From Anthoceros angustus (lineage: Eukaryota; Plantae; Anthocerotophyta): a stretch of 64,000 nucleotides of DNA. Positions 20,689 through 31,154 of this stretch are shown here, piece after piece. The notes beneath the pieces are model-generated. The model worked only from the letters and a program-made list of their open reading frames with translations, was not told the DNA's origin and did no database searches. The position numbers were made by a program, and so were the translations under genes. Within the stretch, counting starts at the first letter, position 1. Every line of letters begins with the position of its first letter. The stretch lies in the NCBI GenBank assembly GCA_010909165.1, contig MU008169.1, forward strand, positions 1,798,001 to 1,862,000. Direction: 5' to 3'.

Positions 20689-23600
20689 ATGAGCGGCAAT
20701 TGGGGCGGGACGGCAGCGTGGGCCGCCGGCGTCGGCGTCGGGGTCATGGACAAGCAGCAGCAGCAGCCGGGGAATGGCATGGAGGACTGGGCGGCCAAGG
20801 CCCGCGCCTGGGCCGCGGCCAAGGCGGCGCAGGAGGCCGCTCTGGCGCAAGCTCAAGCTCACTACCAGCAGCAGCAGGCGCAGCATCAGGCGCAGCAGCA
20901 GGCGCAGCAGCAGCAGCAGCAGGCACAGCAGCAGCAGCAGCAGGACGCCGGAGCCGCGGCCGCCGGGGGATACTACGGCAGCGAGTGGCAGCACCACCAG
21001 CAGGTGCCGGGGCAGGGGCAGGGGCAGGCAGGGTTCCAGCAGCAGATGAGGCCGCCTAGTTACAGCCAAGATTGGGACGCCTGGAATGCCAGGCCGTGGC
21101 AGGACGGGCCGCAGCACGTGCACCATGCGCATTCCCAGCCGGAGCAGGGGTTCCATGACTACCCGCCGCCGCACCAGGCCCCGCAGCCGCAATTACAGCA
21201 GCTGCCGGCGGGGCCGAGGATGGCACCTCCGCCCCCGGGGCCTGCGTACAACCATGAGGTGCACATGGATTTCAGCCAAGACTCGTCCAGCTACCCTCAC
21301 GAGCCGTCCCCTTGTGCTTACGAGATGGAGAGCACGTCCAATTTTTTACACGAGCCTCCTCCCGCCTCCTATGCGCAGGACTCCGCCTCCACCTCGTACC
21401 AGCAGGCTCCGGCTGCTCATACTCCGGCTGTGGTTGCTTCCTACTCCCAGGAGGGGGCTTCGAGTTATGGACAGGATACGGCAGCTGCAGGTAGGGTTCC
21501 GGTTCCAGGTTTGTTGTAGGCTCAGGGTTAGGGGGGGGAGGGAGCATTGTCGTTGGCTTGTGCATTCTCTGAAAAATTATGTTGACTTCGTCTGGCTGAA
21601 TGCTGTCTAAATACACTCTGTAGATGGTCACTGGTGGCAGCCCTTTCAGAAATAGGATCCTTGATCCGGTGTGTGGGAACTAGCTCTGTAGCGTTTGTGT
21701 TGGATTTGATTTCCCTTGGTACTGCAGTGTACTGGAGTGTTTCCCATGTCAGACCTACTGAACCTATAGCTGACTTGGGTTGATGGGACCTCAGTTGCTA
21801 AGCTGGCTTTTCTGTGTTGTGAAAGTATTTAACAGGTGTAAATTCGCTGAATTTGCAGGACCACCAGGCATGGAGCCGCCAGAACATCAACCTCATCAGA
21901 TCATGCCGCCACCTGCTGCTCTGCCGCAGCATCCACAACCTCCTTCCTCACCGCCGTCTGCTCCTCAGCCGCAGGCACAACAGCAGCAGACACAACCGCC
22001 GCCGTTGCCACCACCACTCCAGCAGCAGCCACCACAGCAGCAGTTCCCTTACCCTTACCCTCCTATGCCATCATATGACATGCAGCCGCACCAACAGTTT
22101 GATTTTCAGCAAGCAGGCCTTGCAGAGTATCAGCAGCAATTACCACCTCAGTTCATGCCTCCTGCCCAACCGATTGGCATGGAGGGTCCCGAACCGTATG
22201 GAGGGCCGCCTTCAATGCAAGGCTGGCCTTCTATGGTAGTTCCGGGCATGTCATTTCCATCTGCTATAGGGATCAATATGTCTGGTGCAGCAGGAGGTCC
22301 TCAGGTATGCAAGGCTTAACATTCTGCCTGTTACTGGTGTTTTCCTAGCAAGGACTTTTGTGCATTTTAGTGTCTGAACGGGCAGGGCCTTTTCTTTGCA
22401 GTTTGATCCTCATCACCACCTTCAGCAGCCCCATGGCCATCAGCCGCCACATGTATTTGGCAGACCACATGGTCCAAATTTTAGGCCTCCAGCGCCTACC
22501 CTTGGTGCTCCATTGGCTTTCCAGGCAAATGCTAACATAGGACCTCATGCTGGGATCGGACCCTTGTTTCCAGATGTTAATGGCAACACCGGGGCTTCTG
22601 ATCGGCCAAAGAAGGTGAAGTAACCTGTTGGTACTCCGGGGTTTGTTGGAAACTTATTTGTCTTTGTGGTGTGTCATTGTGGAGCCCTATCGTCCTGCAG
22701 GCCTAAGGGTTTCTTCTTTGTTTATTTGTTTGCAGGCAGCTGTACCATCGTGGCTAAGAGAGGAGCTGATAAAGAAAAAAGCAGCTGCTGCGTCGGGAAA
22801 CTCAGCAACTGTGTCAACTCCTGACGACTTCGAAGCCAATGGAGTTGGAGCTTCAACTGTAAATCGTAAGCTCGAGCAAACAAAGAGTGACTCATCTGGA
22901 CACAGCGAAGGCGAGGACGACGAAGATGAAGTACTGTGTGATGCCCTAGGACAAGTTTGGATTTGTAAATGCAAGCATGTGGTTCTCCTGTTTAGTCATG
23001 TAGTTTGGACTTTGGACTTGAGGTTAGCTTCAACAGGGGCTAAATCCTCATCCTGAGCAACTTAGCTCAGGATAGAGTTCTCAGCGTCTTATGTTATAGT
23101 TAAACGTTCAGGATGAAGCTGCAGCAGCTAGGACGGCGGCAATAAACCAGGAGATAAAGCGCATTCTCACAGAGGTTCTCCTGAAGGTAAAAATTACTGT
23201 CCAAACCATGGAGACTGCACAGGGCAACTGTGCCAGCCCTGTTCACTTGTGTGAGAGGCTAAGGACTATGAGTATCCTCTTAACGCAAATGGCAGGAAGT
23301 AACAAGCTGTACTCAAAGAAATACTTCAGGTGCTTGTACTTCAATTTTTCTTGACGCATGTGAGCTTTTTTGCAGGTAACGGAGGATATTTTTGATGAAA
23401 TTGCTCAGGAAGTTATGGATGAAGATGACGAGTGTGTCTCAGAAGGTTGGAGGTTTCTTTGGCTAGCATACTGTGTATAAGCTTTTGACTATTTAGACTG
23501 TTGTTGCCGTATACTTCACTTCTGTGCATCAAGCTCAAGTGATTTTTCAATGTTTCTCTGTTTCATTTTGCTCCTCTTATTTTGCCATTGTATTGTGCCG

Positions 23601-24919
23601 TAGCTACGGGGCTGGGAACTAAAGTGCCTGAAGCTCGTGTGCAATCGTCACCATCTGCGTCACCTGTTCCTGCTGTGTCTGCTGCACTTGTTAGAGTGGT
23701 GGTGGACCCCAGCACTTTGAATCAACCGAGTGAAGATGATAGTGGAAGTCCAGGCTCTGGGGTGCCTGGTGGTAATCTTCTTGGGCTTGCAACATATGCA
23801 TCTGATGACGAAGATGGGGGAAGGAGCAATCTTGGTCCTGCTAGCACACTAAAACGATCGGAGTTAGAAAATAATGGGGATGGGAAGGAGAACCCTAATT
23901 CGCGGAGGGCTGATTCAGAAAAAACTTTGGAGGAGCAGCTCAAAGGAGAACCGGGGGTTAAGGACTCGTTGAACAGTAGATCAGGGCGGAAGGAAGCTAA
24001 AGCTGAATTCAAAGGACTGAAACGTCCAAATGATCACAGCTATAATGAGCGTAGCCCAAGGAGGGCCCGAGTAGGTGAAAGGGACTTTTCTGTCACTGGA
24101 GATGCTGCAACACTGGATACGAATGTGGAAGCTACTCAACAGAATCCTCCTGTAGAAACCAGTCACGAACACCTGGAGTCCAGGAAGCTTTCAAAGATAG
24201 GATCCTCTGAATCAGTGGAGCAAGATGTTGTGGTCAGGAGCAGGGGCAGAACAAGATCGGACCATGGCAGTGCTGATGCTAAAGAGCAGGATAATGTGCA
24301 CTCTAAGTTGGACCTATCTAAGAGAGAAATGAGAGTTAAGGAGAGTGGCAGCAACAGGGCGTCCCAAAGGACAGATGGACATGGCCAAGAGTCCTTGCAG
24401 AAGGACAAGAAGACGCATAAAGATGGTGATAGTGTGGCCAAGGATCATGAGCATGGTAATAGCAGGTCCCGTGACAATCCGAAAGATCGGGAAGCTACAT
24501 ATTCTAGAAGAAAAGAGGGGCACAGGGAACATGACAGGGACTCAGCAAGAGATGTGGAAAAGACACATGAGAGGAAACGAGATGTACACAAGGATCACGA
24601 GAAGGATCAATTGAAAGATACTGACAGGACTACTGACAGGGAGGCTAAGGCAGAGCGCAGTGGGGATGGAGACAAGTACAAGAGTAAAACAACCAATAGG
24701 AGGAGTGAGCGAGACAGGCGGAAACCAGAGAGAGGAGTGGACAGTAAAACTAGGGACAAGCAAAAGGATGGACGGGAAAGCAGGGAAGGAGTGGACAGTA
24801 AAACTAGGGACAAGCAAAAGGATGGACGGGAAAGCAGGGAAAGCAGGAGGAGGAGACGAAGGTCATCGTCAACAAGTAGTCGGGGAAGGAGCAACAGCAG
24901 GGGCAGGAGCATTCGTTAA
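20689..24919 (+). CDS. PNISR: PNISR-like arginine/serine-rich splicing-associated protein, multi-exon; 3' end uncertain
   Basis: N-terminal DWAAKARAWAAAK, Q/P-rich region, VPSWLREELIKKK, INQEIKRILTEVLLKVTEDIFDEIAQEV across short introns, NLLGLATYASDDED, and a long R/D/E/S-rich tail. Confidence 0.75.
24734..24848 (+). repeat. In-frame 54-bp tandem duplication in the PNISR RS tail
   Basis: GGAGTGGACAGTAAAACTAGGGACAAGCAAAAGGATGGACGGGAAAGCAGGGAA at 24734 and 24788 (GVDSKTRDKQKDGRESRE x2). Confidence 0.9.
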
Positions 24920-26049
24920 GAAATTGCCAGTCATGAAGGTACTGGCATGTTTTTTCTCTTCAAGGGTGGGTATGATATATAGGGCTGGGCGCTATCCTTA
25001 CGCTCCTGTTGTTCATCTCCCCAGGAATCATTCAAGCTACCTTACCTGCACTAGATGTCCGGTGGTCTGAGTTACACTCAACTGGGGCGGCAACTCCCTA
25101 CCCATGGGCAGGCTCAACAACACTTGAGCTTGCCAGAGCAGCTGGACAAGATAAAAGACAGCAGCTGTGAGAGAGTTTGGCGGTGTTTACACTTATCGGT
25201 GACTATTTTCCGCTGGAGTGTCCTTTTCTTCAGGGCTGAGCTCCGGAGTAGATGCTCCCATACCCTGTGCATGACTGTACTTTGGTCAATATCCTGACCC
25301 TCTTGCTGGCTGTGAGACAGTGTGGGCATTTATATCAACGGCAGACACGGCTGCGAATTCTTGATTGGGGCTTTTAACCACCGCTGACTGGCCCAGCGAG
25401 CTGCGTGTAAAATACATCCAGTTCAAGGAAACTATGGTATGCCATCGGTCATTCTGTAAGCTAATGATGGCAAGTCACATAGTCCGAAGCTTTGAGTGAG
25501 CTGTACGCAAACAGATTGTCATAACGCTTTAGGTTTCCTCTGTTTAGCTCTGGGGGCTCTGTCTGGCTTGCCTTATCACTCGGGATGCCAGGTAATTCTT
25601 CCAAGTGAGGGACAGGTGCCTCACCGGGGAGAAGTTAGTAACTCAGTTCGTAACTCAGTTAGTAACTCGACATCCACCACAATGCGTGAGATGGTCACTC
25701 GAACAACTTCCCATCTGAATACAACTTCCAGTCTCTGCTAATACCAAGTTCCAAGCTGATAACCTGCTTAGCCTCAGACCATCTCAGCCATTGCCGGTCA
25801 ATGACAAGTAAAATCGAGTAGGTAATTAAGTACGTACATAACCATCTTAATTGTTGAAGAATCCCATCTTCCAATCTGGAATAACTTCCTATCTGATAAC
25901 TTGCTCCGTTTCAAAAGTTGCCCAGGCCTGCCGAAGTGTTGGGCTGAAGAGTTCGAACTCAAGAGGAGCCGCATTCAATGACAGACTCGCTCCTGATACC
26001 TCTTGGAAATTCCTGTCTTCGGCGGTCGCGTTGTGCTTAAGGCTCGGAC

Positions 26050-27006
26050 TTAATAGCGGGTTTGAATCACCGGAGGAATAAGCTCATCATCCACCTGAGG
26101 AGAAAGATAAAAGGAAACATGATCCACTGCCTCAAGCTTCTGCTTCTAACGCTGTACTCAAAGAAGAATGCGCTGTGGCCAAAGGAACCTACCATTTGAA
26201 CCTCGCCTCCTTCAGCCCCTGGTTGAGTGAGTAGCCAACCCGAGTCCTCAACCACGCCCCATATCTTATCAAAAGCCTTCTTATAGGGCCCTTGCAGGTC
26301 GTGTGTTTCTGGCAGTATCTGGCCACACAACACACTGCCTGAGATGGTTTTAACCAAGATGCAGCCTGGACAAAGCACACCGTTTTCCCTTGCTGGAAAC
26401 TATGCAGGCGTCATGCAAATAATCTCGACTGCACAAAATGCAGTGCAGACCTGATGGTCAAGCATGCCCTTGATGACGAGCATAAATCTCGCAGCATCCA
26501 ACTGGTTTTCCCCCACAAGGTACTCTCCTAGAAAGTCTACTTTGTCCTTGAATTGCTTCAGCTGCTGGATATCTTCTCCCAGCATGACCTTCAATGCCTC
26601 AGTCGACACCTATTCCACAACCACAGGTCAGCCACCCTGAGAACACCGTGCTTCCGACAACCTTCAATCCCTAAGCAGGAAACCACTCCGATTCGCAGCC
26701 AACCTCATTCAGTCCTGCGGCCACATCCGGATCAACATACTCCGCCGTTTCTGCCGCCACCGTGCTGGTCTTCCTACGGGCATGGAGTGCAAGGTCACGC
26801 TGTTTTTGAGTCCAGCGTAGGGAGGCAGATTGCCAGGCTTGCAATGGTGAACCTCTTTCGCAGCTTTGCGGAGGCCTGCAGGAGATAACTGGGGACATGG
26901 GTGTGCACGATACACCCTTGCATTCTGCCCTGGTGGAGGATAGAAAATCCACAGCAGCGACAGATCGCCCAAGAGGGCACACCGGCATGGACCGTAGGAC
27001 TTCCAT
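26050..27006 (-). CDS. Uncharacterised, probably plastid-targeted protein (~200 aa, 4 exons)
   Basis: S/R/C-rich transit-peptide-like exon 1 from ATG 27006; three phase-0 GT-AG introns join VSTEALKVML...IKGMLDHQ, ILPETHDLQGPYKKAFDKIWGVVEDSGW..., VDDELIPPVIQTRY*. Family not recognised. Confidence 0.7.
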
Positions 27007-27430
27007 TGGTGAGCGATCAGCACCACCCAGATCGATTCGTTTTTAGTTTCTGCTCCATACTCGACGGATTACGTGTTTGACAGCCACCGCTCTCAAAATG
27101 CTTTTGTCCAATCAGGCATCTCAGGTACTTCCTTCCGTAAGGACCTGTCTAGGGCAATTCTTAAGCAACTACCTAATTCAATATAGCTGTTTCTATGGAG
27201 ATCATTCTACGAAGGATCCAAATATTATATTTTAATCAGGAAAGGCATTCAAGGGGACTAGGACTTCCCTTTTTACCATTAGCATCTTTTTGGGTTGTTC
27301 CTCCTCGGACGGGTAGATGGGATTTCCCATCTCGTCTATTAATAACGTCTACTTTATTCGTCATTTTCATCATAAATATTTTAAGTGCAGATATATATTC
27401 ATCAAATTGTAAACAAAATATGAGTAATAT

Positions 27431-27738
27431 TTTCAAGAGATTCATTTGAGGTGAACTTTCCCAAAGCTTCTGATATAGTAGTTTTATCTTTACTTAGAAG
27501 GCCACTTGCATTTAATCCTGAAGATAAAATAAGATAGAAGAACAGCAGGTTCTACAAGACATTTTTTCTTGAGGTTTTGAAGTGTCAAGATTTCTTGTGG
27601 ACCAAGACAATCTAAATAGGGATGAACTTAAGAATTTGTTTTTCCAAAACATGTTTGGATGTACCTCTAATAAGGAAGACGGACAAGAGGAAAGTGTGCA
27701 ATAGGAAAATTTAACAACATGCCAAAAATAGAAGCATG
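27431..27738 (+). pseudogene. Decayed copy of the 3' end and 3' flank of the MAPK-like gene at 28607-29695
   Basis: CTTAGAAGGCCACTTGCATTTAATCCTGAAGATA, GAAGTGTCAAGATTTC.TGTGGA.CAAGACA and ATAGGAAAATTTAA.A.CATGCCAAAA match 29435-29770 with indels and stops. Confidence 0.8.
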
Positions 27739-27854
27739 ATCATTACGGATTTACATAACCCTTCAATGCTATTTCAAGCATATAAGGCAATGGCTATTGA
27801 TTACTCTCAATTATGACATGATCACACTAACATAGCGGAGGCCAATGTTAACGG

Positions 27855-27969
27855 TTTTATTTTGGAAGGGTCCTCTGAATATAGGGTTTTAAATTGGGGT
27901 GACCCATATCTTATTTTTATTTTGGAAGGGTCCTCTGAATATAGGGTTTAGAATTGGGGTGAACCATAT
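27855..27969. repeat. Two-copy 60-bp tandem repeat
   Basis: TTTTATTTTGGAAGGGTCCTCTGAATATAGGGTTT.A.ATTGGGGTGA.CCATAT repeated with period 60. Confidence 0.9.
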
Positions 27970-28606
27970 TGTATTGGTGTCGAGGGATGATATTGAGCTC
28001 AAGAGCTCTCAATATTTTTGAAGGTTTTCCGGTCACTGTATTGAAGTCTCTTGCCATAGCTAAGGTTTTTTACTATAGCCAACTTCGATGCATTAGTTTT
28101 AATTAAGTGCACACCAGCTGAGTTGATAGAGTTCTTCCACCTTCAAGGTGGACTAACACTCAAGTGAGAATTTAGTCCGTCAAATTATTATTAATTCATG
28201 CGGAAAAACTCTCATTTGAGAATTCGGCTTTCCAAATTCTTACTAACTTTTGCAGGAGAACTCTCATATGAACTCTCTTCAGAATTCAATGGTCCTCTAG
28301 ATTATTATTAACTAGTGAGGAAATCTCTTTATATGAGAATTTGGATAACAAATTATTATTAATTAATGTAGAAGAACTCTCACAAGAGGATAAGGCTCAC
28401 CAGATTCTTATATGCTTATGTTTGTGTGTACAACCATCTTGTGTATACTAAAAGTGCTATTACTGCATGTAAAATACTTAGACTTCTTTGGAACTTTATT
28501 TCATTAATTTCAGTTTTGAAGTGTTCGTACTTTTTTTTATCATATGTCTAGTCAGGGTTAGGGATCTAAGGCTATATATATCCAACAACTCAGACTAAGA
28601 CATGTT

Positions 28607-29695
28607 ATGGAAGCTTATTTTTTATTAAATCCATTGATATATATGTGTTGTAGAATGTATGGGCATCAACGGAAGAACGAAGGTCTATCACCAGACCTTA
28701 ACTCATCTTTTTGGAAATATGTTAACCAATCTCGATACCTTCTAACTAAAATTAAAGGTGAAGGAACTTATGGAAAAGTTTGTGCAGCAAAAGATTTGAC
28801 AAGCGGTAAAGACGTGGCTATAAAAAATATTAGATATATAAATGAGGATTTCTACATAAAGATTTATATTTTGCGAGAAATAACATTGCTCCAAATATTA
28901 CAACATCCGCATATTATTAAATTAGAAACTGTACTTTGTCCACCGACTAACAGGTTTGAGGAAGTTTATATAATAACAGAATTAATGGAACGTAACTTGT
29001 TTCAAGAGTTACAAAGAACCATAGAGTTTCCCATTGAAAAACAACGATCCTTATTACATCAAATACTTCAAGCTGTAGCTTACTTGCATGCGGCAAATGT
29101 TTTCCATCGAGACTTAACACCATCAAATTTATTGGTAGATTCTCAAGGTGTACTCAAAGTATGTGATTTTGGATTTAGCCGGTTTATTCCAGAAGTTAAT
29201 TTTATCAAGCAACTAATTCCATATAGTGTGGTAACTATATATTACCGTGCTCCAGAGCTTTGTATTGAGGGTCTGAAATACTATACTTCAGCAATGGATA
29301 TATGGAGTGTAGGATGTATATTTGCCGAAATACTAGAACGAGGAACATTATTTCGAGGAAAAGATAGCGAACACCAATTAAAACTAATCCAAGATTTTAT
29401 TGGAGTTGATAAGAAGACATCAACAATACTTTTAAGAGATTCTTTCGAAGAGAAATTTCCGAAAGCTGATCCAACTGCTTTGTCCTTACTTCGAAGGCTA
29501 CTTGCATTTAATCCTGATGATAGAATATCAGCAAGTCAGGCTCTACAAGATCCCTTTTTTGAAGGTATGGATGAAGTGTCAAGATTTCATGTGGATCAAG
29601 ACATCCTGAATAGAGAATTTGCTTTTGAGAATCTAAGTGAGGATGAACAACACGATTTGTTTTTTCAAAAAATGTTGGAATATACCGCTCCTTAA
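28607..29695 (+). CDS. Intronless divergent MAPK-like kinase derived from plant group D (TDY) MAPKs, lacking TxY
   Basis: GEGTYG, VAIK, LREI, ANVFHRDLTPSN, DFG, YRAPELC, DIWSVGCIFAE, KFPKADPTALSLLRRLLAFNPDDR, EFAFE..LEY match MPK8/9/15-20-type motifs. The activation loop reads PYS where TDY aligns. AT-rich codons. Confidence 0.85.
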   Translation: MEAYFLLNPLIYMCCRMYGHQRKNEGLSPDLNSSFWKYVNQSRYLLTKIKGEGTYGKVCAAKDLTSGKDVAIKNIRYINEDFYIKIYILREITLLQILQHPHIIKLETVLCPPTNRFEEVYIITELMERNLFQELQRTIEFPIEKQRSLLHQILQAVAYLHAANVFHRDLTPSNLLVDSQGVLKVCDFGFSRFIPEVNFIKQLIPYSVVTIYYRAPELCIEGLKYYTSAMDIWSVGCIFAEILERGTLFRGKDSEHQLKLIQDFIGVDKKTSTILLRDSFEEKFPKADPTALSLLRRLLAFNPDDRISASQALQDPFFEGMDEVSRFHVDQDILNREFAFENLSEDEQHDLFFQKMLEYTAP

Positions 29696-29711
29696 ACAGA
29701 TTGGCAAGAGG

Positions 29712-29731
29712 TTTAGGGTTTAGGGTTTAGG
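29712..29731 (+). repeat. Short interstitial plant telomere repeat (TTTAGGG)x~3
   Basis: TTTAGGGTTTAGGGTTTAGG, 16 bp after the MAPK-like stop codon. Confidence 0.85.
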
Positions 29732-31154
29732 CCATAGGAAAATTTAATAGCATGCCAAAAGTAGAACCATGGTAAACGAATTAATAATAATGATTGAAAA
29801 AGAGGTTTTGCTTGCAATTTATTTATGATCTTATATCAGACCCCTAGGGCCTATAAACCTTTAAATCAAGTTCAAGATCTAATAGCAAATATTGATGTCT
29901 TCTTTTACGTCTATTTTTATCTAATTTATTTAACTCTTCATGATAATATATTCCGGTACAAGGTTAGGGGTTCAGTCTAAAGGCGCTTACATCTAAACTG
30001 ATGCAAATATTTAGAATTTATTTGTTTGTGCTTAGATCAGCCTCCGTAGCAGCCAACTTAACTTGTGTTTGCTTGATGTGCATGCATATCACCTTCCTCA
30101 AAGAACTTATGGAGTAGGAGGTATGTCACCAAAGTAGCTCCCTCGTCCCTAAGTTTTTTGAGTTTTTTTCGCAGGTCCAAGAAATCTGCCCCTCTTCCCC
30201 CTCTCCCCCCCCCAATCAACTCCTGCTTCATGTCTCCGAAAGTTGAGATGTCCTAGTGCTTCCTTTTTTTGTTGGCTATCTCTCGGCAAATCTCCATATG
30301 TTTTTTCACAAATCCTATTTCATTTTGCGCGAGCCAAATCAACTCCTTATAGCCACAACAAACAATCTCATTTCCCATCCTTCATATAACTCTCCAATTC
30401 CCCACTCCATTTGAATCTTCCTAGTACATTTGAATGTCACCCAGTGACCTGAAACTCAAAATCCAGCATGACAGCCGTTTATGACAAGTCAGGCTGGCCT
30501 TTCATGCTCAGGCTCCAAATTTCTGAAAGCAACAGTAATTTAAACTGGCACACAGAGGTGCACCCTAGTACATTTGAATCTTCCCCACAACGTTTGAATC
30601 TTCCCAAAGGCCGTGTTATTTACCTATTATTTTAGCTGTATTATTCTATATTTACTAATATTAAAAATAGATATTTAATAGACTTGCGATGGGTTCGGTG
30701 CATACCTATGTACCGTTGTAAGTGGTATAAATTAGAGAATCAGAACTGCCGGCTGCACGTGCTTGCGGGTGCCGCATTGACACAATCCCAGAAGCGAGAA
30801 GAGGCAATAGAGGCACATATGTATGTATGTACACAGACGCCTTCCTAGTCCGTACATATTCATATGTACGGAACTAGGGCAAAGTGGTGGGCCCGACTTG
30901 CCATATGAGACCTGGAGTGCCGCGAGCCGGCCCATGGCCTGCCGCCGGGGCTGCGTTCTCGGGATTCCGGGACGGCGCTGGGGAGGCGTGTGGGGAGCCC
31001 TGTGGAACGTGCATTCGTCGTCTCATGTTTTGGATTTGTGGGATCGAAGTGGCGCGCAGTCCAGTTGGTGAGGCAATCCGGGATCGGGCGCCGCCGGGCT
31101 TTGGATCTGGTCCGAGGAACATGTTTTTGGAGAGGGCGCGGTGCGGCTGGATCC

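Noticed and set aside
25633-25668. 12-bp unit x3 (AGTTAGTAACTC)
   Set aside because: Tiny tandem repeat with no spacers or associated genes; not CRISPR-like and of no evident significance.
30841-30880. Hairpin plus CTAG as a Helitron 3' end for the AT-rich island
   Set aside because: The hairpin abuts CTAG with no spacer, the next base is G rather than T, and no matching 5' TC end was identified.
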